A stretch of 64,000 bases of DNA, taken from assembly GCA_937625935.1 (NCBI GenBank), contig OW569384.1, positions 248,001-312,000 of the forward strand, given 5' to 3'. The position numbers and the translations under genes were made by a program. Position 1 is the stretch's first letter, and every line of letters starts with the position of its first letter. The notes under the pieces are model-generated. The model searched no databases. It was not told the DNA's origin and saw only the letters and a list, made by a program, of their open reading frames with translations. Source of the DNA: Tetramitus jugosus (taxonomy: Eukaryota; Protista; Heterolobosea). Below are positions 21,472-34,839 of the stretch, one piece after another.

Positions 21472-21630
21472 TTGGTGTTGTTTCTTTTGCTCTGAAAAAA
21501 TCCGTGTGAATTTTTATAATTTCTCGCCAAGTTCTGTTCGTCGAGTTTCTGGTGTGAAGTTTCAGATGAAGGTTCAGAGAATGAAAAACAGCACCGGACA
21601 AATTAAGTTGGTCGGGCCCTGCTAGTCAAT

Positions 21631-23952
21631 CTACAGCGAAAAACTTTGATCTCTATCTAGTATTCTTTTTTGATAGTTTCTTTCATAACGCACGGTGACC
21701 CTTTGGACCTTAGCGATTGATCTGGCTCTGATTATATCGAAGAATGTTTTCTTCAGCTCATTGATACTGGCAATTTGATGTATAAAAGGACCAAAAAGCA
21801 AGTATCTATATCTCAATGTAAACGATGCGTCCAGTATTAAGCGCAACTCTCGAGTCAACGTCTCGAGAGACATATCTGTGGTTGTTCCTGCTGATGTTTT
21901 ACTAACATTTGAAGAATATATTAGCTCCGTCTTTTTCACTGAAATTCAAATGTACAAGTCATACCATTTTTGAATGAGAGCTCTGATAATGGTTTGTATA
22001 TCGGAAAGCTTCTGTATCTTTGTTTGCGAAGAGGTGTAACCTTTCAAAAATTGGCAAAAGTAAAGAATACTGTGCGCATAGTCCTGTGTCCAATGAAGCG
22101 AATGTCAGAAATCTGCTCGTGCATACATCCAAATGACGAAAAGTGAAAGCCAGATACATACATGATTCTGATTCCCATGAACGTTCAGTATCATGAATTG
22201 CTCTCGAAATTGATCAACACCATGATAAAATTGGTTACTTGGATTTGCCAATCGATTCATCCACTTGATAATCGAACTCATTTTGTGTTTAATCAATACG
22301 TGCTGTAAACGCTCTGCGAGACCTTGAGACATGTCAACTAGTGAGTCCTTAATATGAATGCTTGAACTCGATTGCACATAGATCGTAAATAAGCGATTAA
22401 ACTCATTGGAATAATCATCTTGGATATCACTCAGTGCACATTCTAGCTGGTTCTGGGAGGATTGCAATTGTTGTTGGATATTGAGATACTTTAAATACTG
22501 AATTTTGAAGACAACAAGTCTTCTTCTCCTATTTTCTATCTTCTCCTTCAGTTGTTCGTATACTGTGTCAGAAACCTCTTTCAATTTACTCTTTTCAATG
22601 AACTGCATTCTTCTGAAGTTGTTGTCTCTCTCCATTGCGGCGTTTTGAAATATGGAATAAAATGAGTGTTGTATGGCGTTGGTATCTGTAGTGCTCAATG
22701 GTTTCTCTGGCATACTATAGTTCAATGGATTGAACTTTAAAAATAACATATTTGATATTGTTCTTCGCTTGAAATCAAGCCTCTCTTGTTTCGTTTTAGG
22801 ATTCTGCTCCTTCATCCATCGTGCCAAATGTTGTATTGAATAAAACAGAGAATTGCCACTCGTTTTCTTCTCACTCTGACTTGATTCTTCGAGTCTTTTC
22901 ATTACTGCACTTCTGCCCCATAATTCAACTTTAGAAGCTAACATAGGTAAGTGATAAGATATCAATTCGCTCATTAACTTCTTCGATGGCAGGAGAATCG
23001 ACAAGAGATAGTCTTTGGAAGTTACATTCATATTCAACAAGTAAAAGGTATGCGTAAAATTTCGGTGCGACATCAACTGAATGATCTGATCCATCATTTC
23101 TCGACACTGCACCAAGTGAAAGTTTTGATACAGAACATAGTCCAAAAACAATTTCGTCATCATCAGAAAGAAATTCGTTCGATCTACTAGTTGACATTGC
23201 ATCTTCCATTTGAGTATCTCATCGACTCTCTCAAGGCGCTTTACGCACTGCGTTAATGGATGGATCCGAATGGCCCTTGACGGCCTCTTCTTTGACACCC
23301 AAAAATCTGTGTTCAACTCAAATTGACCCATAACTGGCAACATGACAAACTTGCTCTGCTCTGATGTTAACACTTGTACTAAAAATGCTTTCAACAACTT
23401 TTTGATCCAAGGATATTCCCTTCGCATTCGTTTGTCATCATTATCATTGAGAAACTGTTTCAAAATCTGAGATACATTCGACTCGATCAACCATCGAACT
23501 TGGTCATCTTCCTTTGAACAATCGCGATCCTCCATTTTGCTTTTATCATCATGCTGCTCCAACAAAAGCAATGGTCTCACATCCACATTCAACAACTTTA
23601 ATCCCTCCCGATCAACGTCATCTCCCTTGCACCGATACTTTCCACTGATCACTCCTCGTTCATCAGCCTCTTCACTGTTAAACTTGTACAAAAGTTCAGC
23701 CAACTCCTGATTGAGCTTAAATCGTCTACTATAGCAAGTGCACATGTCAGACAACACACTCGGGTACAAACAATTGACAATGCACAACACAATAGACAAT
23801 TGAGAACCACCTGAAATGGATTCTCCAATCAGAGATTTGTCATTTTGTTTTGTTGGAATCCTTTTCTTTGATTTCAGCTTTGTTTTATGAGTCTTGTCCG
23901 TTGATCTTCGCATTGCTCCGGCTTGTTGACAATCGGATGACTTCTTTTTCAT
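21631..23952 (-). CDS. Uncharacterised helical/coiled-coil protein; 3 exons (23952-22162, 22083-21965, 21901-21631); possible degenerate VPS9-like C-terminus
   Basis: 615-aa ORF plus two GTATG..AG introns that join it in frame to the 21631-21939 ORF. Confidence 0.6.
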
Positions 23953-24733
23953 GCTCGTTTAGTTGAAAATTGAAGTTCAATGAAGGAGGATTTGTGAGTA
24001 ACTTCAATGAACGAGCCAATCTGGCCGGTCGCCTGAGACCTGGCAATACTCTTTGGCAATGAACGATCGAAACAAGCTTCCATGACCCAATCAACCTGGT
24101 TTCATGCGGGTATTTGTTAAGGTGAGGTGCTATTTTGATTAGATCAATCAAAATGGATAATTTCCGTCAAGGAATACACAAGCAATTGTTCATAGAACAA
24201 AGAACATATGGATTAGTGAATCTCATCCCAACAAACTTCTCTCAAACAAACCTCCATCACCGCAACAGAGTCGATCTCATCACATTCATCCAACTGATTG
24301 AATCAATCTGATTTCCCAAACCTCCCCTGGACTAGCATTTCCCTGTTCTATTCGGACCATTCCGGAGATTTTTGTTTGAACTAACAACCATTTGGAAGCA
24401 CCCGGGTCGCTTATTCTCACCTCCTGTCGCAACAAAAAAAAGGACCACACAAACCACACAAAAACAAACACTTGAGAGAGCTTTCATTCCTTCCCTTCAC
24501 CACTAGACCCTCTGGCTGTTTCTCTTCCTCCTATCCTATAATTTTTTGGAGTGGTTTATTTTTTAGACTTCGCCAAGTTCACACAACAACATCCCCAGCC
24601 GAACCCAACGAAAAAAAACTCGACGTTCCCAGCAAAACAGACAAGAACCAAAAAAACGGACAATTGTTTCTTTTCGTTCCAACTTCAACTTCCAAACCTC
24701 CAAAAGCTCATTTTTTTCCCTCCATTCTGTTAA

Positions 24734-26298
24734 ATGGCGACAACAGAAGCTTTGATTCACCCAACAACTACTGCAACGACAACATTGAGTGACGATTCGA
24801 TTGATCAATCAACAACAACAAACAACACATTGACTATACCAACAATAACAACGACATTGTCAAACAACAATTATCATCACAACAATAGCTCCAATGCTCA
24901 TGACGTCACACAGTCAACAACAACAACCAATCACAACAATAATAATCATCAAAAAATGACATCATCTTTTAATTTATCTGTACAAATACCAACCTCTTCA
25001 TCATCACACCAACAACATCATCATCAACAATCACAACAACATGCAACAACAAGATCAAACAATCATCATACAATGCATCCAAGTACAGACACAATGATGA
25101 TGATGGATAGTGATGTGATCCATGTAACCGAAAGTGTGATTTTTCGGACAATTAGACGCGAAGATTTGTCTGATCTTCATCACTTGCAACTAGAGTTGTT
25201 TCCAGTGAGATACAAGGATGATTTTTATCAGAGCTTACTAGTCAAGGACAATACGTTGACTATTTTGGCTATTCATCGACAAACACGAAAGGTATGGTAT
25301 TGGTAGATGATCAAGAATGTGTTTTTTTTTGAACATGATTGTTGACTCACATTTTTTTTTAAAATTTGATCTGTTTCAATTGATGATCAACATGTGCATA
25401 GCTGATTGGAGTGTGTTCGTGTCGAGTGTATGAACACGATACTGGATCTGCTCTCCTATCTTGGATCTATGAATTCCTGTCGTCGATTGTCTCTGCGAAT
25501 GGATCCTTTGTGGGTCTATCACGCAGCGACAATAACCGACAAAATCAAAGTGTACAAAAACAACAACAACAATATAATGATAGATTTGGATACATCATGA
25601 CATTGGGCGTGACGCGGTCATACAGAAGACAAGGTCTGGCTTCTCAAATGGTTGAGATTCTCATTAGAAGAATGGTTGAAAAGCCCTATTATTGCTCCAG
25701 TTTAACACTGCATTGCAAAGTGGACAATGAACGCGCACTCAAATTCTATCACAAGCACGGATTCATTGTAGAGGACAGAGTGAGAGACTATTATGATTTT
25801 GCAGGTGTGAGAGAAGATGCGTTTCACTTGGTCAAGCACTTGTCACTGCCAGAGATCAGTCATGATGGAATCACGCCCATTGATATCCATCAACAACAGC
25901 CGCGTTCTTCATCCACACTGGAAGCAGAACAAAAGAGAGAACAGTCTCAGTGGATACAGAGATATGGATACACGTTTGGATGGATATCCATCTTTTGTGC
26001 GTGGATTGTCGCACTGTTTTTCAAGTTGACAGAGGTGTTTGAAGAGCATTGGTTGTCATTGTGCTCTGCAATGACAACAACGACGACATCTGCTTCGACA
26101 ACCATGACAACGAATTCCGCTTCCGCTTCCATATCATCTGCCTCCTCCTCGGCCTCCTCCTCGGCCTCCTCATTCGCATCCTCTACTGGAGCTCCATCTT
26201 TTGCAACTCAGCAACAACAACACAACAAACGAATCATGACTAATCACAATAGTGCACACGGTCATCACCGGTCGAACCGGAGTCATGTCACGACGTGA
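24734..26298 (+). CDS. NAA60: N-alpha-acetyltransferase 60-like GNAT; intron 25292-25401
   Basis: LFPVRYKDDFY, GYIMTLGVTRSYRRQGLA, LHCKVDNERALKFY and DYY motifs. A hydrophobic C-terminal helix favours NAA60 over NAA50. Confidence 0.75.
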
Positions 26299-26654
26299 AA
26301 CAATAAAAGTAATTCACATACACCAGAGAGCTTTGTTCATCTCCTTGTTCATGTCCAATATGATCAAGGACAATCTCTGAGCTATTGGTCGCCCACAAAA
26401 AATCTCATCACATCGCGAGCGATATTTACGATCTGAGCGAACGAACACGCAAGTTTCAGTCGATGGAGATTTTTTTGGCCGCTTCCAACAAAAAAAAAAC
26501 GCAAAAAAGCTTGTGAACAAGAAAACCAAAGAAACACATCGCGTCTCGTGTGATCTCCCTTATCTCATTGAATATCAACTTTTCAAATACCACACACACA
26601 GATTTTTCGCATCTTTCTCAATTTCAATTTCTCTCTACAACAACAACATAAGAT

Positions 26655-29600
26655 ATGATTCCACAAAGAGCGCATCAAATCATTCCTGGTGCAGCAAACG
26701 ACACGAGAGAATCATTTTCTTGGTCCATTTTTATGGGTTCTGAAGTACTTGTATGTCTCTCATTCTCTTTTTACATACATTATCCTTTTCACTCACTCAC
26801 ATTAAAATTTTATCATTTTTGTATTGTTGTTATTATTGTGTTGCTCTGTTGAAAAATTCTTTTGAATATTGTGTGTGTATATGGTAACATTAGGCTTATG
26901 CAAGTGGAAAATATGTGGTCATTTATCAGGGCAATACGATGACTCAGGTACTTCATGGTCATCGAGAGAAAATTACATGTGTCGAATGGTGCAAAGCATA
27001 TGGAAAATTAGTGGCTTGTTCGAGAGGTCGAATCGTCGTCTACGTGCCAGACAGAGACTCCATCTTGAGTGATGAAGAACAAATGAATTATGTGGAGGAG
27101 TGTCAGGGCAAGATTTCGACTCGTTGGACAGTGGATCAAGTGATTGAAATGGATGATTCGAACATGGTGTTCGAATGTGCTTGTTGGAATTTGTTTGGTG
27201 ATCGATTGTTGCTCAGTGGAGGTGATCGATTGCTCTTGTATGAGTTGGCATTGCAACCGGCAAGTGCTGGTGCTACTGCGACTGGTATCAATGTGAGTGC
27301 GAGTGCAGCGACACCTGTGACGCCATCGACGAGAGCTGGTACGTTGACTGTGAGTAAGAGCAAGGCAGATTTGAATACATTATCTTCATCGTCATCTGTT
27401 GGTTCAGTGACTCCATCTCCCACGAGTGCCACTTCGCAACAAGCAGCATTTCCATTCTCACCAACAAGTTCTACACCATCGACCCCGAAAGCAAACACAA
27501 TGTCCGATTTTAACAGTTTTAGAAGTGGTGGAGGCGCAAAGTTTCAATTGGTTTGGGAATATGTGAATCCTACACCGGTATGTGTTTTTCAATCTTTTTA
27601 GCTTGGATGGACTGCTGTGTTCTTGTGATTCGTATGAAATTCTAACTTGATTTTATTGTTTACGACAATGATCATAGGTATTTTCTGTTGAATTTTCGCC
27701 TGATGAGAGATTTTTTGTGACGGTTGCCAAGAATGACCGATTGGTCAAGGTTTGGTATCGTGTGAGGCCAACAAACGAGAATGAACCAGATGATTTTACT
27801 TATATTTATTTACCTCATCCTAGGGGTGTGACTTCCGTATGCTGGAGACATTCGGAGCTTCAACAACAGTATGTTTGTCATGCAATCGTTGCGTGTGCTT
27901 TTTTGTTCAATGATGAATGTGATTCTTACTAATCGATCGCTACTGCTTCAACAGAGGATCCGGTTTCTTTGCCAATGTGCTATTAACGGTTGCAAAGGAT
28001 AATGTGATGCGAGTTTGGACAGAGACAAACGAGAATGAAGACTTAAATTTTCACATTTGTTATGCGACACGAATGAAGCAAACTGATTCGAGCACTGTTG
28101 TACAGTGGCTTAACACACCGCACGAAGTCAGTCCAAACGAAGTACTGCTCAACTATATGAAAAAGATTAGTGAACAAAAGATATATGACGGAGGACATCG
28201 AGACTTATCGAACGAACGAACACAGAAAATGAAGCTCAACAGATCGACCACAGATTTGACACAACTTGAAAGTAGTGGCGAGCAAGCAGTGAAATTTGAT
28301 CACAAAAAGAAACCGATCATGAACAAGGGATCGGATACAGGAGATGAAGAGTCGCAGTCGTGGTTAGGATCCATTTTGCACGATGGTACATTAACGATTG
28401 ATTTGATACAGGGATTGGCAGATTTTCCTCGCCGAACACCGAAGCAATCTCCCTGGATCCGAATGCCGAACGCTCTCAAGGGATTCGAGGATCCATTACG
28501 AGTTATTATGTTTTATAGAAATTCAAGCAGCGAATCTGAGGCTGATGGATATGGTACTCCAAACAAATTGATTATTTATGTCCACTCGAGAAATGGAGTC
28601 ATTTCGAGTTGGAACTTACATTTAGGAAAAGGATCCAAAACACCAACCTTGAAGTTGTTCAAGGTATTCACAGGCCACATTGGCGCTATTGACATGATTG
28701 CCACACATCCGCTGCTTCCTTTGGTTGCCACTGTCGATTCGAGTCACAATCAGGTGATTACATGGCACACGAGAGATACAGCCTATTTTACACCAGAGGA
28801 TGTTTTGACGAACATCAAGATCTCTGATATAAGTGCGACAAAGGTAGCATGGCATCCATGCTTGCCTTCATTATTTGCTTCAACTGAGAAAGGAATCGAA
28901 CTGTTTCATGTGAAGACAGAATGTCCAAGCATGCATGATTTGGGTCCAACGTATGAGACTGCTATATTCCCACCTCTCCCTTCATATTACGATGTAGTTC
29001 CAATGAATTTGGAGCTAGAGAAATCTGCAGACTTTTCTTCGTGCCTATTTTTAAAGGCAATACCTGTTAGCAGCGTTATCGAAAGTGAAATAACCACGGT
29101 GACCATTTCAGCATTTGTTGTAGCAATTAGTAGTGATGGTAAATCGTTGGCAGTTTGGAAAGTTCATGAAACTGAAACGAGTAATCCGACAATACCATCA
29201 TATCAATCAAAACTTTTACTCAGCCATACATTCAAATCTGGTGGCAGGGTTGTGAGCGCTGATTGTGAAAAGTTAATTCCATTCCTTTACAGTCCTACTA
29301 TGCTCAACTCCAGCCGTATTTTGGTTCCAGCAAGAGCTCCAACTGAAAAGCCAAGCTCGTTGGTTGTTGAAGCCAAACAAATCCAACAACCGTCGATTAT
29401 TTTGATGACTGGAACTGATACCGGAAAAGTTTTAGTTTTCAAGCTTGGTTTTGAAGAAAAGAAGGTCGAGGCAAAGAAACCAGTGAGAATGGGAGGTTTG
29501 TTAGGTAAATTGGCAGCTTCCCAAACAACAACACCCACAGCAACCTTAGGTGACAAATACAGTCTTGTTAAGTGGATGGAGTATCAAGTTACAAGTGATT

Positions 29601-32600
29601 CTTCTATTCAATATCTGAAGTGTTGTGATATTCCAACTCGGTTCGCCCTCGGGCTTGCCGATGGTAAAACTGTGCAAATCTGGGAGGCAGAAGGCCATAC
29701 AGAATATTCTCTGGAACAAACTATCACCATGCTAGAGGACGAAACAATTACTCACTTCCAATGGCAATCATTTGGTGATGGACAATACTTGCTCTCAATG
29801 GGCACAAACAAGGGTGTTCAGATATATACTCAATCTAAGATTTCCAAATATCATGAAGCGAGTAAGTACTGGAAGAAGGTTTGCGATTTAATGAGCAATA
29901 TGGACAATGAATGCTGCAATTGGATAACGACCACCAAGGATGGCACACTTATTGCTGCATTTGGTATGAAGCTCTGTGTTTATACCAGATGGCTGAAAGT
30001 GTGGCAGAATGATGAAAATGCACAAACAATTCGGTCAAAATCTCTTCAGATGCACAGAAGGCTTCCAGATTATCATCCTCGCTTACTGGCCGACTTGATG
30101 ATGTCTGGTCAATTCGAGCTCGTGAAAGAAATTCTAATTCACTTGGCAAAACACTTGAAGATGTATATAGACAAGCTGGAAAAAGAAAAGAGTTCCAGTT
30201 TCTTGGATGTAGATATTAAGATGTACATACCTTCGTTAAGCATTTCCATGCTATTACAAAATGAGTCGACAACTGACACTCCAAAGAAACGGTTACCCAC
30301 TGACAATTATTCTTTCCTCAATCGACAATCAGAGGATGAAGAGAATGAGAACTCAACCAAGCAATCAAATTCATCTGATGAACTTTCATTCGAGGATGCC
30401 TACATTATATTAAGAGACAATCTGATGAGAGCAACCCCTCCTGATCTTCAAGGCAAGGAGGCTATGTATTTGATCGCTCTGATTGACACAGTGAATCAAA
30501 TTCAAATGAAACCTGATGCACTCGACGATTGTTCTATCCGTTTCTTACTTGCCTATAAACTGGATCAATTCATGTCAGTGATGCATGCAAAAATGAAGCG
30601 CTCCACTGACAAGGGAGCGATCGAGCCAGAGATGAAGCCAATGGATTCTGCCTACATTGCTTGGGCCTTTCATTCTGAATCGCACGAAACCTTATTCCAA
30701 ATGTTAAATCTACCAGAGACACTAACATGGGACATCTTCCGAAAGCTTGGTCTTTCCTTCTGGATGCGTAATCCAAATGTCCTTAGAAAGGTTGCTGAAA
30801 AATTGGCTCAAGACCAATTCAAGAAAACAAATGACCCTACGACTTGTGCTCTCATGTATGTGGCTCTGAAGAAAAAGAGTACCCTTATTGGCTTGTTCAA
30901 GGTGAAGGATATGCAAAAATTGGTGGACTTTTATAGGAAAGACTTTACACAGCCTCAGGAAATCGTAGCTGCATGCAAGAATGCATATGTGTTGATTTCT
31001 AGGCAAAACTTTCATTATGCTGCTGCGTTCTTCCTGCTCGCAGATAAACCTGAAGATGCTATTGATATTTTGATTAAGAGAGAACAAGATGTCGATTTGG
31101 CTTATATGGTAGCAAGACTTTATTGTGGTGATGACAGTCCTCTTGCAAAGAAAGTTTTGGAGAATCATTGTTTGCCAAAATATCAAAAAGAAAATGACGT
31201 ATGGATGCAGGCGACAGCCTATTGGACATTAAAGAGATATGAGGATGCTATCAAAGTACTCGTCGAGCGTTTGAACAAGGATGATGATCAAGGCGAATCT
31301 TTCGACACATCTCTATTTGCATTCTGCTCGCATCTGTCCTCCAAATTCCAGCTTGCTAACTCGACTATATTTGAAGAGAATCGAGACTCATTGATATTGC
31401 GCACATCTTATCACTTTGTCAAGACTGGTTCATCACTGCTTGCTATCGAGCATCTGAAGAAGTTAGGAGATGGCAACACCAAGAAATCAAAGGTGACAGA
31501 TACGAAGAAGACTGCCAACATCAATTCTGGCATGTTGGACATGGGATCTTTTGGAGGGTTTGGTGGCTTCGGTATGAATGGTGGCATGGGAATGAACATG
31601 GGCATGGGTATGGGAATGGGAATGGGAGGTTCTGTGGGTGCTTCGTCTGCATCATCGAACTCATCCTCAAACAAAGAAGCCCCAGTGGAAATTGACAGAA
31701 CTGATTTTGTCAAGATGATGAAATTCAAGATTTGTTTGAGTATTTTAGCTCAAGAGTTATTTGACATTTCAAAGCAGGATAGCGCCGATGTTTCTATGGG
31801 TTGGGACAAGAACAAAAAGAAGTTAAATGACCTTTTTGATGATTTGGTAACGGCATTCTCGGTTGACAAGATTGCCTTGCGCAAAAAACTGAGAGAGTTC
31901 ACGGAACTAAATGGCATGTTGATTGCCCGATGTTTGCTAACACAAAACACAAAATCAATGGTGAATGTGCTCGAAACATTCTCGAATCAAGTCGTGACCT
32001 CGCTGTCTCTACTTGTAAAGTCGGCACTGACACGATCTCAATCCACTCACATGGAGCATCTTGCTGCGGAGTTTGCCTACTGTTATGAGAGATGCAAGTT
32101 GGAGAAAGGAAACTTTTCTGATGCCTCGAAAGCAGACATTGCCGCGACAGTATATACGTTGTTGTTCATGATCTCGTGGTCAAAACGTGATTTCCATGGA
32201 CTCCTACTGCTCTTCACACTTCCAGCAAAGATGCAAGCGTCAGGCAAGCACCAGCGCCGTGTCTCCCTTGACCTAAATAATTCTGAGAAACGAACCAAAA
32301 CCGATCCATTAGAGCTAACGCTTGGTGAAGATCCTGCAAAATTCTATTATCGATTCACGAGCACACTTGAAGCGGACAAGTTAGATCGAATTATGACACA
32401 AGAGATTGAAAAGGAGGAACGAAAGAGAGGAAAGAAGACCAATGTGAAAGCTGATGAAGAGGAAAAGAAGAAGAAACTTGAAGCATTCATAGCTCGCTAT
32501 CATTCCATTGGCGATTCAGGTGTAGGTTCGAAAGCTGCTGTTGAAAAAGCTGATTCAGGAGTCGACACGACCGCTGAAAGACTCAAGATTCAGTTCCATT

Positions 32601-34654
32601 GGCAGCTTTTCTATGCCGTTGTCGCGTACAAGTTTACTTTGGGACTCAAGAACTATTTGGAGAGAGTTTATGAGAAAGCAACAGGATCTATTCCTTCCTT
32701 GACACCAACAGATGAGAACAATTACTCTGCTCGCATCAAATCAAAGCTCTCTTCGAGCTCATCAATTGGTAATTTCAGGACAGTTCAATATACTCAAACT
32801 GCCCGAACTGTTGTCACTTGCCTAACTCTCTGGTGCTCTTACTTAAATCGTAAGCTTGTCTATAAGGAGTTGGAGGTGTTCACAGCATCAAAAGAGCACC
32901 CAACACCGAGTTTCAAAGATGTGAATGCTCTCTCTGAACCAACCCAGCTTTCAAACATCGTCAATGCACTGGCATTTGGTCAAAATAGGGGATCTCATGC
33001 AAGACATCGACATTTCAGATTGAGGTACAGTCATTCATTGAACCATGCAATCCCAGAGTTGAATTCGAACAACAATGATCATTCCTTCTTCTCCTCCATT
33101 GATGGACAATGGTTACAAGATAAGGACTCGATCAAGACGTTTGATTATAGTTCGGACTGCGTCAAACTATGGAAATACTTGACATCTGATGAGTCGTTGA
33201 TGCCTCCTAGTGTCACATTCTCTTCCATTCGGAAGGAGACTACACCAGAAGCACCTGCCCAAAGATCAATCAGAAAAGATTCCCGATCTGACGACAAGCC
33301 ATTGTTCTCGGCTGATATCGAAATCGTTAAGTGCAAAGATGTGATTCGTGCGTTCTGTGTCGACAGAAACAATCCAAACAATCTTGCTTACTCAACAAGT
33401 AAGGTTATTCGTGAAGTGAATATCGATCATTCGATTCGGTACAGAAAACGTAACCAATCGTTGGATAAATTGATGGACGAGGAAGCTCAATCATGGGAGG
33501 CATCTCTTCATCGCTTTGATGCTGTGTCGATGCATGACAATACGAGTATGAAGACTTCCGCAGCTGCTCAGGCACACGTACCAAGTAACTCTTCGTTCAA
33601 TCTATTTGATTTCATTAATCCTGCTACGATGGGCGATGATATCGATGAGCACTTGGACTCCGAGAACGAAAAAGTAGCACGAGCAAACAAGTTTGTTGGC
33701 ATTGGAAATGAAGGTTTCCATGGTGGAAACACACTCAACAAGCTCAAGAAGCGATTGAACTTGACGCGTCGACCATCATTCACAACAAACTCTCCTTCTG
33801 CGTCCCATTTCAAGAATACACCAAAGCTTGGAAAGAAGAGATCAACAACTGCTGTTGATCACAATGTGTCAGTTGTCAAACTGCTCACTCATCCATTCTT
33901 GCCATTCTACTTGTCAGGAGGTGCAGATGGTTCTGTTCACATGTGGCAGTACGGCATTGGTGGAGCTGTACGTACGTACAAGGAAGACAAGCATCCACCC
34001 ATTACTAGTCTGCACTTCTCTAGATTTGGATATAAATTTGGTGCCACAGATGCGTCTGGACTGCTGACATTGTGGAGATTTGAAGCTTCAAAGGACTCGC
34101 TACAACCGTTCGATGTTGTTCAGTGTCACTCTGGAAGAGCCAATGATTTTACCTTCCTGGACTCTGGCAGCATGATTGCTACAATCGGTGTGTCAAGCAA
34201 TGGAGGTAAGACTTTGAAGATTTGGGATTTATTGATGCCTCCATTCGAGTCTTGCATCTACTTGTACTCTTTCCACGATGAACCTTGCTCTATTATCCAC
34301 TCGAGCAAGTACAGATGCTTGTTCGTAGGAACGAAGCGTGGTGATGTATTTGTGTTCGATGTCAAGACCAAATCACTCATCTATTCGTTCAACACGGGAG
34401 CAAGTACTCCAATCGATGTGCTCACACTCGACGTAAGTGAAGATTTCTTTGTCACTGGTTCAGGTGAGGGTGACGTTCAAGTTTGGGCGACACAAACCCT
34501 TGAGGAGATCAACAAATTTGGTCACTGTCACAGCAAGTACAAGTTCTCAATCGGAACAACAGCACCACTCGGTGTCACGGATTGCGACCTGAGTTCCAAT
34601 TTCCTCTACACTGCAGGAGCAGATGGCAGAATCCTTCGAAGAATTATCATGTAA
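26655..34654 (+). CDS. Rabconnectin-3 alpha / DMXL / RAV1 WD40 protein; exons 26655-26750, 26894-27577, 27678-27868, 27955-34654
   Basis: N-terminal QIIPGAAN, DRLVKVWY and YLPHPRGVT; Rav1p_C LPDYHP, WAFHSES and KNAYVL..YAAAFFLLA; C-terminal WD40 HPFLPFYLSGGADGSV. Three canonical introns. Confidence 0.92.
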
Positions 34655-34839
34655 ACAATATTGTTATTGTTGTATCTCCCCAGATCGAGAAATGGGATTT
34701 CTCCGATATCGCCTTTTTTCTTTTGCCCAGATTACAAAACATGTGTTTCCTGATCAATCACTTTTTTCGCGACACGCCAAAACGACATCGAAATCAATAA
34801 ACAAACGACTCGACACACAACAAGACAACAAATAGAACC

